A stretch of DNA of 63,848 nucleotides, filler included, from Actinomycetota bacterium (GTDB lineage: Bacteria; Actinomycetota; Actinomycetes; JAKEEW01): NCBI GenBank assembly GCA_046725875.1. It is 3 parts of 3 records of this genome, joined end to end, with 100 filler letters (N's around TTAATTAATTAA, not from the genome) between each part and the next. Parts side by side here need not be neighbours in the genome. Positions count along the whole stretch, not along the records: positions 1 to 24,199 come from JBKOZJ010000072.1; positions 24,300 to 55,395 come from JBKOZJ010000074.1; 1 more part is not named here. The stretch is one strand, 5' to 3'. This document shows, in pieces, positions 19,546 through 28,777 of this stretch. The notes under the pieces were generated by a model, which saw only the letters and a program-made list of their open reading frames with translations, had not been told where the DNA came from and did not search any database. Each line of letters begins with the position of its first letter. Positions within the stretch are counted from its first letter, which is position 1. The translations under genes and the position numbers were made by a program.

Positions 19546-19684
19546 GTGCCTTGGTGTTGGGGCAGCCATTTGGACCACCCTGTGGCGGGGTGTTGCCGCC
19601 ACTTTGGTCGCCACCGACGATCAGGGACAGTTCCTTCTCGTCGAGCGTCCGCAGGGTCTCCTTGGACAGCGTTAGCTTCTTCAT
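19532..19684 (-). CDS. lanA: Lanthipeptide precursor, 50 aa, double-glycine leader
   Basis: Hand translation MKKLTLSKETLRTLDEKELSLIVGG-DQSGGNTPPQGGPNGCPNTKAPGCS*; GAGGGAGAGAG RBS; first gene of the lan operon. Confidence 0.92.
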   Translation of the reverse strand: MKKLTLSKETLRTLDEKELSLIVGGDQSGGNTPPQGGPNGCPNTKAPGCS

Positions 19685-20181
19685 TGACTCTCTCCCTCTG
19701 GGCATCTGGAGGAACCGTCGTGCGCGGTTTGCTTGCGCACGGCGATACCACCGTCCTGCATCCCGGAGGTACGCTCTGAGTACCTCCCGTGCGGACGGAT
19801 ATGAGCATTGTGAAGTGCGTGCTTCGCGAGGTCATGGATGTGCGCGCGGGAGGCCCCCGTTGCCGCGGCCGTCCGGTTTCTCGCTTGATACGGCCGCCTT
19901 GAAGCTGTTGCGCTGACAGGCACACGGTCGCCCGAAACCCCCCGGAAGTAAACCCGGTGGAGCTGGCCCGGCGTTCCACCCCCGTCTGCTGGCGGAAGCA
20001 AGGCCAGCTCGCCGGTTCTCACTAGAACTTAAGGAATCTAACACTGTCTCGCATAGCCGTCTACCAGCGGCTCGGCCAACCGGGGGACCCGTGTTGGCAG
20101 AAGACCAGCGGGCGGTGGGACGGCGTGGCGAGCGGCAAATCCGGCTGCACGTACCTGTTTGCCAGGAAGTGGACGGCGGGC

Positions 20182-21189
20182 CTAGCCGAACGTGAACACG
20201 TAGGCCTCAACACCCGGAGCGAGAAAGGTGATCTCGAACGTGCGGTCGATGATCGATCCCCCTTGGCGAATCAGCTGATAGAGCCGTGGTTGGATCAGCG
20301 CTCCGTGGCCCTGTTCGTCGACGTCGAGCCCGTGAGCGGCACCGGGGGGTTCTCCATCGACGAGGACGCCGAACGGCACGGACGTGCCTCGCGCACGCGG
20401 ACCCATGACGAGATGGACGTCGCGGGCGTGGAAGCGAAACACAATCCGTCCGTCGGCGCGGTTCAGCACGCTTGCTCCGCTCTCGATCGTCCAGTCCCCG
20501 GATAGAGCCCAATGGTTGAGCCTCAACTGATCCGGAGCGACATAAGTGCGAGGTTCGTCGAAGTCGGCGCCATCGGGAGACGCAAAGTTCTGAGTTTGCT
20601 CGTAGCCCAGGTAGGTCTCCGGCGATCCCAAATTCGTCCAATCGGCTTGGGCCTCGAAACCCTCGGCGGTGCCGGAGACCAGATCGTCGCCGACGCGGTG
20701 TCCAGCCTCGCCCAGCAACCACTGGACGACCATTTCGCACTCCTCGTATCCGCCCTCGCCGAATTGGTGGTGTCGGATTCGTCCTTGCGGGTCCGCGATG
20801 TACAGAGCGGGCCAGTATCTGTTGGCGAAGGCACTCCAGATTGCATAATCGCTGTCGAGCGCGATCGCATACTCGACGGTCATGTCCTTCGCTGCCTGGC
20901 GAACGTTGTCCACGTCATGCTCGAACGGAAACTCCGGCGTGTGGACGCCGACCACGACCAACCCTTGATCCTCGTACTTCTCGGCCCACGCACGGACATA
21001 GGCGAGCGTCCGGAGCCAGTTGATGCAGGTGTACGTCCAGAAATCGACGAGAACGACCTTCCCGCGCAGGTCGGCGACGGTGAGCGGCGCCGAGTTGAGC
21101 CAGCCGGTCGCCCCGTCAAAACCAGCCAGGTGACTCTCGACAGGCAACGCTGCCGCTCCGGGATGGCGTCGCGCGCCGAACAGGTTCAC
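20182..21189 (-). CDS. Redoxin domain protein (DipZ C-terminal-like: thioredoxin plus beta-sandwich)
   Basis: LRGKVVLVDFWTYTCINWLRTL (CxxW), GVHTPEFPFE, SPETYLGY, YVFTFG. Confidence 0.88.
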   Translation of the reverse strand: MNLFGARRHPGAAALPVESHLAGFDGATGWLNSAPLTVADLRGKVVLVDFWTYTCINWLRTLAYVRAWAEKYEDQGLVVVGVHTPEFPFEHDVDNVRQAAKDMTVEYAIALDSDYAIWSAFANRYWPALYIADPQGRIRHHQFGEGGYEECEMVVQWLLGEAGHRVGDDLVSGTAEGFEAQADWTNLGSPETYLGYEQTQNFASPDGADFDEPRTYVAPDQLRLNHWALSGDWTIESGASVLNRADGRIVFRFHARDVHLVMGPRARGTSVPFGVLVDGEPPGAAHGLDVDEQGHGALIQPRLYQLIRQGGSIIDRTFEITFLAPGVEAYVFTFG

Positions 21190-21364
21190 TTCCCGTCACC
21201 GACCTCAGGGACAGTATTGGCAAACAGGTCACGGGCTTCTTGTATCTCGCGCTCGACGCTGCTGCTCATGACGACCTCCTGTCCTGGGAGTCTCGCGGCG
21301 GGGGCATCGGTTCGGTGGCGTCGCATGAGCTAATCGGTGACGGTCGGGCTCCGAACGGGAGGGG

Positions 21365-21622
21365 CTAGACGGCGACTTCGAGGGTGCGCATTCCGGGGAG
21401 GCCCATCCACATGCGCGGGCCGTCTTTGACGATCTTGGCTAGGGGGTTGTCGCAGTGCGGGCAGCGCAGCACGGTGCCCGCACCCTGGTAGACGTGAATC
21501 GCCCCAATCGGCTGGGCCGCACCGCACCCGTCGCAGGTGGCGATGGCGGTGGTCACCTCGACCGCGAACACCTCCTGCAGCATGCCTGCGATGGCGTTGC
21601 CGTCGAGCATCAAGTCATCCAC
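21365..21622 (-). CDS. Small Cys-rich protein (DUF6510-like)
   Basis: LDGNAIAG, CDGC and CPHC pairs. Confidence 0.75.
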   Translation of the reverse strand: MDDLMLDGNAIAGMLQEVFAVEVTTAIATCDGCGAAQPIGAIHVYQGAGTVLRCPHCDNPLAKIVKDGPRMWMGLPGMRTLEVAV

Positions 21623-21623
21623 C

Positions 21624-21750
21624 TCAGCCTCCAGTCGGTCCGAGCCATCTTATGTCGACAGTGATCGTTTCGACGCGCGGTGTCTCCGCTTATGTCGACG
21701 ACGATCCCGACCTGCCACTTCAGTCGCCCCAATACCGCTGTTCCCGCCAT
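21624..21750 (-). pseudogene. Internally deleted ferredoxin-reductase-like (FAD/NAD) oxidoreductase
   Basis: Retains N-terminus MAGTAVLGRLKWQVGIVVDI..DTAR and C-terminus GPTGG* in another frame; middle absent. Confidence 0.6.
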
Positions 21751-22328
21751 GGGTCCCCGTAATTGTGGTAGCCGTTCGTCTCCCAGAAACCGGGCTGGTC
21801 GGTCGCCTGCAGCCGCAGACCGCGCACCCACTTCGCGCTCTTCCAGAAATAGAGGTGGGGGACGAGCATGCGCGCCGGGCCGCCGTGCTCAGGCTCGAGC
21901 GGCTCGCCGTCGTAGCCGAACGCTACCCAGGCCTTGCCGCCCGTCACGTCCTCGAGCGGCAGGTTTGTCGTGTAGCCGCCGTCGGAGTACTGGAGGACGT
22001 ACTCCGCCGACGTATCGATTCCGGCGAGGAGCGTGTCGACGGAAACGCCCTGCCAGACGGTGTCGAGCTTCGACCACTTTGTCACGCAGTGGAGGTCAGC
22101 GGTGATCTCCTCGGACGGCAGCCCGCGGAACTCTTCCCAGCTCCACCGGCGGGGCTGATCCACCTCGCCCACGATCGCAAAATCCCACTGGTCGAGCCGG
22201 GTGCGCGGGGTGGGCCCGGCGGAAAGCACCGGGAAGTCGAACGTTACGTATTGGCCCGGCGGGAGTCGATCGCGCGGGACGTCTTCACGGCGGCGGCCCC
22301 GGAAGCCGCGGGAAATCGGCGGCGCCAT
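21720..22328 (-). CDS. Sulfite oxidase-like molybdopterin oxidoreductase
   Basis: RLPPGQY, DLHCVTKWSK, EHGGPARMLVPHLYFWKSAKW, GFWE..GYH..GDPW. Confidence 0.92.
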   Translation of the reverse strand: MAPPISRGFRGRRREDVPRDRLPPGQYVTFDFPVLSAGPTPRTRLDQWDFAIVGEVDQPRRWSWEEFRGLPSEEITADLHCVTKWSKLDTVWQGVSVDTLLAGIDTSAEYVLQYSDGGYTTNLPLEDVTGGKAWVAFGYDGEPLEPEHGGPARMLVPHLYFWKSAKWVRGLRLQATDQPGFWETNGYHNYGDPWREQRYWGD

Positions 22329-22983
22329 ACTGCCTCCCCTAGTTGGCCTACATTCAGGGTCGCGCCGCCCGGGCGAGCGGTCGTCACATCGTTCGGGTGA
22401 TTCTGGACGAGTTCGACACTACGGTCGTGGCGGCGACCGTCCTCACATGCGGGACTGGGAGAGCTCGCGCCGGGGGCTGCGGCTAGCGGGAACAGCCGAC
22501 GGGGCTCGCCCCGTGTAGAGGCTGGGCCTCGTCGCAACGGGGGAATTGGACGAGGCCCAGACAACGGAAACGGTAGCAGTACATGACTGATCCGTCGCGA
22601 TCCGTGCTCGAACCGGCCGGTCTGTTAGCGGAATCCGTCACACCCCTAGGCCATGCCAACGCCACGCGGGGTACGAAGTTTGCAGCCACTATGGTGCTAG
22701 GACGCGGCCCCAGCCGTCCGCCATGTCCCCCCATGCCGGCTGGGGCCGCCTCCTACCCCGTCGCCGCCTCAGGTGGCGACGTGGCTACTAGGTATTCGCT
22801 CCTGGCGAGGTAAACGTTACGGGTCAGTTTCCGACCGCCTTCCGTTACGCGAGCCGTACACCACTCCGCGTGCAGGCGGCGATCGCCGAGCTACGGGAGA
22901 TCGCTGCGGGACGAGCGACCCGCAAGGGAAGTCGCCCGGCGCATCGGTCGGTTGGCTGCTCGCCCGCCGCGGGTTACTGCAGG

Positions 22984-23025
22984 TAGGTTGATCGTTAGGT
23001 GTGCCGGGAAGACGGGTCGGCGGTG
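22984..23025 (+). ncRNA. Candidate Na+ riboswitch (DUF1646/Na+-I-like motif)
   Basis: GGTTGA..GGTGTGCCGGGAAGACGGGTCGG about 95 nt upstream of a cation/H+ antiporter; match is to my recollection of the motif, not a covariance search. Confidence 0.45.
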
Positions 23026-23119
23026 TAAGTGGCCGTGCCCTTGTCGAGGAGCCCCGGATGTCCCGAGCCGTGACCGATCCGCCACCGTTGGTCTGGCCCG
23101 CCCGACCGACGGGTTCGGT

Positions 23120-24199
23120 GTGACCTCGGTGGAGTCGTTCGGTGTGGCCGTGTTGGTCACGGCGCTTGTCGGACTGGCAGCGGTGTTCTCCCACCGGCTC
23201 AGCGAGTGGGTACGTATTCCCGCCCCGGCGATCTTCTTGATCACCGCCGCTATCGCCTCCGATCTGTGGCCCTCGCTTGGCAGGCTCAGTGTGGACGCGG
23301 TCGAGCAGATCGTGACGCTGGCCTTGGTCGTGATCCTCTTCGACGGAGGCATGCATATCGGCTGGCGGCAGTTCCGTCCGGCCGCTGTGGCTACGGCTTG
23401 GATCGGCACGGCCGGCACTCTGGTCACCGGCGGCGCCGTCGCCGTTTGCGCCCACGCGCTGTTCGGGCTGGATTGGCGTGCCGCGTTGCTCGTCGGCACC
23501 GCGTTGGCCCCGACCGATCCGGCCGCGGTCTTCTCCGTGCTGGGTGGCCGGGAAATCGCCGGACGGCCCGGCACCTTGTTGGAGGGCGAGTCGGGAGCGA
23601 ATGACCCGGTCGGCATCGCGTTGATGACTGCATTGCTCGCAGCGGAGGGATCCGGTCTGGGGGCCGCCGGATCGGTGGCCGCCCAGTTCTGCCTGCAGAT
23701 GGTGGTGGGGATCATCATCGGCATGGCTGGTGGCTGGGCACTGCTGTGGCTGATGCGCCGCCTGTCGCTGCCGTACGAGGGCCTCTACCCGCTGCGGGTC
23801 CTCGCCGGGGCACTGGCGATCTACGGCGCCGCCACTGCAGTCGGGGGGTCAGGGTTCTTGGCGGTGTTCGTCGCCGGGATCCTGATCGGCGACGAGCCTG
23901 CACCCTTTAGGGGCGATATTCGGCGCTTCCACTCGGCGCTTTCCAGCCTGGGCGAGATCGTCGCGTTCCTCCTGCTCGGCCTCACCGTTCGCCTCGCCGA
24001 CCTGGCTAACCGCAATACGTGGCTGATCGGTCTGGCCCTTGCCGCGCTGCTGGTGTTCGCGATACGACCGCTGCTGGTCGGGCTGCTGTTGTGGCCTATC
24101 CGGCTGCGGCGCGGTGAGCGAGTGTTCGTGTTGTGGACTGGCTTGAGGGGTGCGGTGCCGATTCTGCTGGGCGTGTTCATCCTCGGCGCCCAACTTCCC
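23120..24199 (+). CDS. Cation/H+ antiporter, CPA1 (NhaP/CvrA-like), truncated by contig end
   Basis: ILFDGG, LAPTDPAAVFS, LEGESGANDP, GLRGAVPI. Confidence 0.9.
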
Positions 24200-24299
24200 N
24201 NNNNNNNNNNNNNNNNNNNNNNNNNNNNNNNNNNNNNNNNNNNTTAATTAATTAANNNNNNNNNNNNNNNNNNNNNNNNNNNNNNNNNNNNNNNNNNNN
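24200..24299. other. Artificial contig linker
   Basis: N run containing TTAATTAATTAA (stops in all six frames). Confidence 0.98.
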
Positions 24300-24989
24300 G
24301 CCCTGCACAACTGCGGCGTCACGTTCGTGCTCGACCGGGCCGGCGTGACCGGCCCGGACGGGGCGAGCCACAACGGAATGTGGGACATGTCGGTCTTGCA
24401 GGTCGTGCCCGGCCTACGGATCGCGGCACCGCGCGATGCCGAGACCTTGCGCGCCGAGCTGTGCGAGGCAATCGAGGTACGGGACGCGCCGACGATCGTC
24501 CGGTTCCCCAAAGCACAGGTAGGACCGGACATCCCGGCCGTCGACCGAATCGGTGGCCTCGACCTCCTGCGCCGTGCCGGCGAGGAGGATGTGCTCATCG
24601 TTTCGATCGGCGCGCTGGCCAGTGACTGCCTCGACGTCGCCGTCCGCCTTGCCGACCAAGGCGTCGGGGTGACCGTCGTCGATCCGCGCTGGGTCAAGCC
24701 GGTCGATCCCGCACTCGTGACCCTCTCCGCTCGCCATCGGCTCGTCGTCACAGTCGAGGACAACAACCGTGTCGGCGGGGTCGGCTCCGCGATTGCCCAG
24801 ACACTGCGTGATGCGGGAGTGCCGACACCCGTGCGCGAGTTCGGGCTACCGCCCCGCTTCCTCGACCACGGCAAGCGGCCGGATGTTCTCGCCGAGTGCG
24901 GCCTTACCGGCCAGGACATCGCGCGCGACGTTGTCGCCGTCGTGGCCCGCCTGGACGCAGTACTTGAAGCGACCGACGTGATCGAGTGA
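24300..24989 (+). CDS. dxs: 1-deoxy-D-xylulose-5-phosphate synthase, C-terminal part
   Basis: [44 protein letters not shown]. Confidence 0.92.
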   Translation, partial: ALHNCGVTFVLDRAGVTGPDGASHNGMWDMSVLQVVPGLRIAAPRDAETLRAELCEAIEVRDAPTIVRFPKAQVGPDIPAVDRIGGLDLLRRAGEEDVLIVSIGALASDCLDVAVRLADQGVGVTVVDPRWVKPVDPALVTLSARHRLVVTVEDNNRVGGVGSAIAQTLRDAGVPTPVREFGLPPRFLDHGKRPDVLAECGLTGQDIARDVVAVVARLDAVLEATDVIE

Positions 24990-25043
24990 ACCCCCAGCTG
25001 GGATTCTCCGGTGTGGGCGGCGAGTTAAGCGACGGTTTGACGC

Positions 25044-25253
25044 GTGGACGCGCGGAGGCAGGGCGGTTCGCGGCGCAAGCTGCCCTACCTTGTCCTGATG
25101 GGGACGTGTCTGGTCCTCTTCGTGCTCTCCTGGGCGGTAATCCGACTGTTCTCCACCACAGCCGCGGTAGTGGTGAGCATCATTGCGCTTGCGATCCCAC
25201 CGCTCGCGGCGATCGTCGCCAACGCCGGTCGGGAGTCCGGCCCGCCGAGATGA
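25044..25253 (+). CDS. Small membrane protein (DUF3099-like)
   Basis: YLVLMGTCLVLFVLSW...IPPLAAIVAN. Confidence 0.7.
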   Translation: MDARRQGGSRRKLPYLVLMGTCLVLFVLSWAVIRLFSTTAAVVVSIIALAIPPLAAIVANAGRESGPPR

Positions 25254-25340
25254 GCCGCCGGCAGGCGTGCTGCGGTGTGGGCGCCAAGCGTTAACGAACG
25301 GGTTGCGTTGCTTGACGACATGATTTACACCAGCCAAGAA

Positions 25341-25354
25341 TCACAACGTTGTCA
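25341..25354. promoter_or_regulatory. LacI-family-like operator upstream of the sugar ABC operon
   Basis: tcACAACGTTGTca palindrome with central CG, just downstream of TTGACG (25312). Confidence 0.55.
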
Positions 25355-25538
25355 ACGTTCCCGAAACCGTACTGGGTCGGATTGGAGGATGCTGGTCGCG
25401 CCGACGGCGACCCCGCCGCGCGGCTGGGCCCTGGATCCCGGACGAGAGCGTGGAGGTCGAAGATCCGCTCTCCTGGGACGGACGCATGACCGGGAGCGCC
25501 AACGGTACGCACCAGCGCAGATCGACAGACAGGAGGCC

Positions 25539-26846
25539 ATGATGGCCGTAGGTCGAAGGTGGTTCGCGGCGGTCGCGGTGGCCGCGGCGGCCTCCCTCAC
25601 ACTGACCGCTTGCGGTGGCGATGACGACGACGGGGGCGCGGCCCCGACGAGCACCGGCCCGGTGAGCGGCAAGTTCGAGTTCTTCTCCTGGTGGACTGGC
25701 CCGGGGGACTCCGAGGGCAAAGAGGCGCTGCTCAACCTCTTCAAGCAGCAGAACCCCAGCATCAACGTCGTCGACGCGGTCGTCGCCGGCGGGTCGGGGA
25801 CGAACGCGCAGGCCGTGCTGGCGAGCCGGCTGCAGTCAAAAGACCCACCCGACTCCTACCAGCGGCACGCGGGCCGGGAGCTGCAGGCAGACGTCGAGGC
25901 AGCCGTGGTCAAGGACCTGACCTCGCTGTACGACCAGCAGGGCTGGCGGGATGTCTTCCCGAAGACGTTGCTCGATATGATCACGATGGACGGGAAGCTT
26001 TACTCGGTTCCGGTCAATGTCCACCGGTCGAACGTCCTCTGGTACAACCCGAAGGTCTTGCAGCAGGCCGGGATCACCGCGCCGCCGAAGACCTGGGACG
26101 AGTTCCTGACCCAGGCGCAGAAGCTGAAGAGCGCGGGGAAGATCCCGCTGTCGATCGGTCCGGCGTGGACCCAGGAGCACCTGTGGGAGAACGTGCTGCT
26201 CGGTGAGCTCGGCCCGGATGCGTACGCCGGTTTGTGGGACGGCTCGACGGACTGGGAGTCCACCGAGGTCAAGGGCGCGTTGGACAAGTTCACCCAGATA
26301 TTGAAATTCTCCAACATCAAGCAGGCGGGTGCCGACTGGCAGCCGGCGCTCGACCCGGTCATCGAGGGCGACGCCGCCTACAACGTCATGGGCGACTGGG
26401 CGAACACCTACTTCAAGACGGCCAAGAAGCAGACGTGGGAGACCGACTACAACGCGACGACGTCACCGGGCACCGAGGGCGTGTTCAACTTCTTGTCGGA
26501 CAGCTTCGTCGACCCGGTGGGCGCGAAGAACGAGGCCGCCACGCTCGCCTGGCTGAAGCTCGCGGGCTCCAAGGAAGGCCAGGACGCCTTCAACCCGATC
26601 AAGGGTTCGATTCCGGCCCGGACCGACGGCGACCCCTCGAAGTACACCGACTACTCGGCCATCCCGTTCGAGGACTGGACCGACCCGAACACGAAGATCG
26701 TCGGATCGTTCGTCCACGGGGTGGTGGCCAACAACGCATGGAAGGCGGACATCGAGACCGCGTTCGGCGACTTCATCAAGAACGGCGACTCGGGCAAGTT
26801 CGCGACCGCGGTCAAGGATGCCTACGAGCAGGATCAGGCCGAATGA
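25539..26846 (+). CDS. Carbohydrate ABC transporter substrate-binding lipoprotein (glucose/mannose-type)
   Basis: Lipobox LTAC, FFSWWT, VPVNVHRSNVLWYN, MGDW, FNPIKGSIPAR; AGGAGG RBS. Confidence 0.92.
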   Translation: MMAVGRRWFAAVAVAAAASLTLTACGGDDDDGGAAPTSTGPVSGKFEFFSWWTGPGDSEGKEALLNLFKQQNPSINVVDAVVAGGSGTNAQAVLASRLQSKDPPDSYQRHAGRELQADVEAAVVKDLTSLYDQQGWRDVFPKTLLDMITMDGKLYSVPVNVHRSNVLWYNPKVLQQAGITAPPKTWDEFLTQAQKLKSAGKIPLSIGPAWTQEHLWENVLLGELGPDAYAGLWDGSTDWESTEVKGALDKFTQILKFSNIKQAGADWQPALDPVIEGDAAYNVMGDWANTYFKTAKKQTWETDYNATTSPGTEGVFNFLSDSFVDPVGAKNEAATLAWLKLAGSKEGQDAFNPIKGSIPARTDGDPSKYTDYSAIPFEDWTDPNTKIVGSFVHGVVANNAWKADIETAFGDFIKNGDSGKFATAVKDAYEQDQAE

Positions 26847-26891
26847 TCCTGGTCTGACCCTCTGGTCGGAATGACGCGAACCTGGTTCGAT

Positions 26892-26932
26892 ATGACCGGT
26901 CCGCGGCGGCTCTGCCGCGGCGGACCGGTCAT
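26892..26932. other. Intercistronic stem-loop after the binding-protein gene
   Basis: ATGACCGGTCCG...CGGACCGGTCAT. Confidence 0.55.
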
Positions 26933-27016
26933 TGTGCCTTGGCACGCGGTCGCCCGGCGCCTCGCGAGGTCGTATAACGGCGCGGCTGCCCATCGTGCCG
27001 GAGAGGAGGTGACCCG

Positions 27017-27907
27017 GTGTACCGGCTTCGCCGTTGGGGGCCAGGCCTGCTCCTGATCGCCCCGACGCTGATCGTGCTTGGGATCTTCGTGTACGGTTTC
27101 CTGGCCCGCAACGTTCAGGTCTCGCTGAGCGACTGGCGCGGCCTGCGCGCCAGGTATGACTATGTGGGCTTCGGCTACTACGAGCGGCTGTTCGATGACA
27201 CGCGGTTCATCGACGACGTGAAGAACCTCGCCGTCTTCACCGTGATCTTCGTCTTCGGCACGCTGATCATCGGCTTCGGCCTGGCGCTCCTCCTCGAGAA
27301 GGGAGTGAAGTTCGAGGGGGTGTTCCGGGGCATCTTCCTCTTCCCGATGGCCATCTCGTTCATCGCGACGGCCGTGGTGTGGCGCTGGCTGATGAGCAAC
27401 GCGACCGGGTCACAGGAGACCGGCCTGAACAAGCTGTTCGACTCGATCGGTCTCGGTTTCCTTGCCAATAACTGGTATAAGTCCGATTCGGTGCTCGCCA
27501 TGGGCGCGGTTGCACTGGCTGCCGGCTGGGCCTTGGTCGGCTACATCATGGCGCTGTTCCTGGCCGGCATCCGGGGCGTATCGGATGATCTGCGGGAGGC
27601 GGCCCGGGTCGATGGCGCGAGCGAGCCGAGGGTCTTCTGGTTCGTCGTGCGGCCGATGCTCTGGCCGGTGGTGGCGGCCGCGATCGTGATCCTGGCGCAC
27701 ATCTCGCTGAAGACGTTCGACCTCATCTATGCCATGGATCCGAAGAGCCGCAATATCGAGACGCCCGCGCTCTATATGTGGTTCACGACGTTCGACGGCT
27801 TCTTCTTCTCCCGTGGCGCCGCGATCGCCACACTTCTCATGCTCGGCATCGCCGTCGTCATCATCCCGTACATCTGGTACACGATGCGGGTGGAGCGGCG
27901 GAAATGA
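27017..27907 (+). CDS. Carbohydrate ABC permease
   Basis: EAA loop DLREAARVDGAS. Confidence 0.92.
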   Translation: MYRLRRWGPGLLLIAPTLIVLGIFVYGFLARNVQVSLSDWRGLRARYDYVGFGYYERLFDDTRFIDDVKNLAVFTVIFVFGTLIIGFGLALLLEKGVKFEGVFRGIFLFPMAISFIATAVVWRWLMSNATGSQETGLNKLFDSIGLGFLANNWYKSDSVLAMGAVALAAGWALVGYIMALFLAGIRGVSDDLREAARVDGASEPRVFWFVVRPMLWPVVAAAIVILAHISLKTFDLIYAMDPKSRNIETPALYMWFTTFDGFFFSRGAAIATLLMLGIAVVIIPYIWYTMRVERRK

Positions 27908-28767
27908 CGACCACCGAAGCGACTCCGACGTCGTACAGAATCCGGTCGCGCTGGTCGCCCTGGGTGACCACCGGGCGCTACATCGCGCTCTTCGCGCTGA
28001 TCTGCCTCTTCCTGATTCCGGTCTACGTGCTGCTCGTCACCTCGTTCAAGGACCCGTCGCAGGTCAGCCCGTCCAAGATGTGGCAGCTGCCGGACTCGCT
28101 GTCACTCGAGACCTTCCGCACAGTGTGGCCGAAGCTCGATAATGGCATCCGAAACAGCCTCGTGATGGCGGTCCCGGCGGCCCTTATCTCGTCGCTACTC
28201 GGGGCGGCCAACGGCTTCGTCCTGTCGAAGTGGCGGTTTCCCGGCGACGACATCGTCTTCCCGTTGATCCTGTTCGGGATGTTCATCCCATACCAGGCGA
28301 TCTTGATTCCGATGCGGCAAGTACTCACCGACCTGGACCTCATCGGCGGATTGACCGGGCTGGCCCTGGTCCACATCATCTACGGGTTGCCCATTACGAC
28401 GCTGATCTTCCGCAGCTACTTCGCCGGGATCTCGGACGAGCTGATCGACGCGGCCCAGGTGGACGGCGCCGGCATGCTACGCACGTTCGCGTTCGTCGCG
28501 CTGCCGATCGCCCTCCCTGCCTTCGCCGTCTCGATCATCTGGCAGTTCACCTCGGCGTGGAACGACTTCCTCTTCGGCCTGGTGATCACGAATCCGAGCA
28601 GTGCGCCGGTCACGGTGGCGCTTAACAATGTTGCGGGTGGGCAGGTTGTGCCGTATCACGAAGCAATGGCTGCCGCGCTGCTCGCCAGCATCCCGACACT
28701 GCTGGTCTACATACTCATGGGCCGGCTCTTCATGCGCGGCCTGATGGCCGGCGCGCTCAAGGGCTGA
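27904..28767 (+). CDS. Carbohydrate ABC permease
   Basis: ATGA overlap; ELIDAAQVDGA, WNDFLFG. Confidence 0.92.
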   Translation: MTTTEATPTSYRIRSRWSPWVTTGRYIALFALICLFLIPVYVLLVTSFKDPSQVSPSKMWQLPDSLSLETFRTVWPKLDNGIRNSLVMAVPAALISSLLGAANGFVLSKWRFPGDDIVFPLILFGMFIPYQAILIPMRQVLTDLDLIGGLTGLALVHIIYGLPITTLIFRSYFAGISDELIDAAQVDGAGMLRTFAFVALPIALPAFAVSIIWQFTSAWNDFLFGLVITNPSSAPVTVALNNVAGGQVVPYHEAMAAALLASIPTLLVYILMGRLFMRGLMAGALKG

Positions 28768-28777
28768 AGGGGACGCC

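Noticed and set aside
24200..24299. TTAATTAATTAA palindrome in N runs (also 55396-55495)
   Set aside because: Artificial contig spacer; no linkage should be inferred across it
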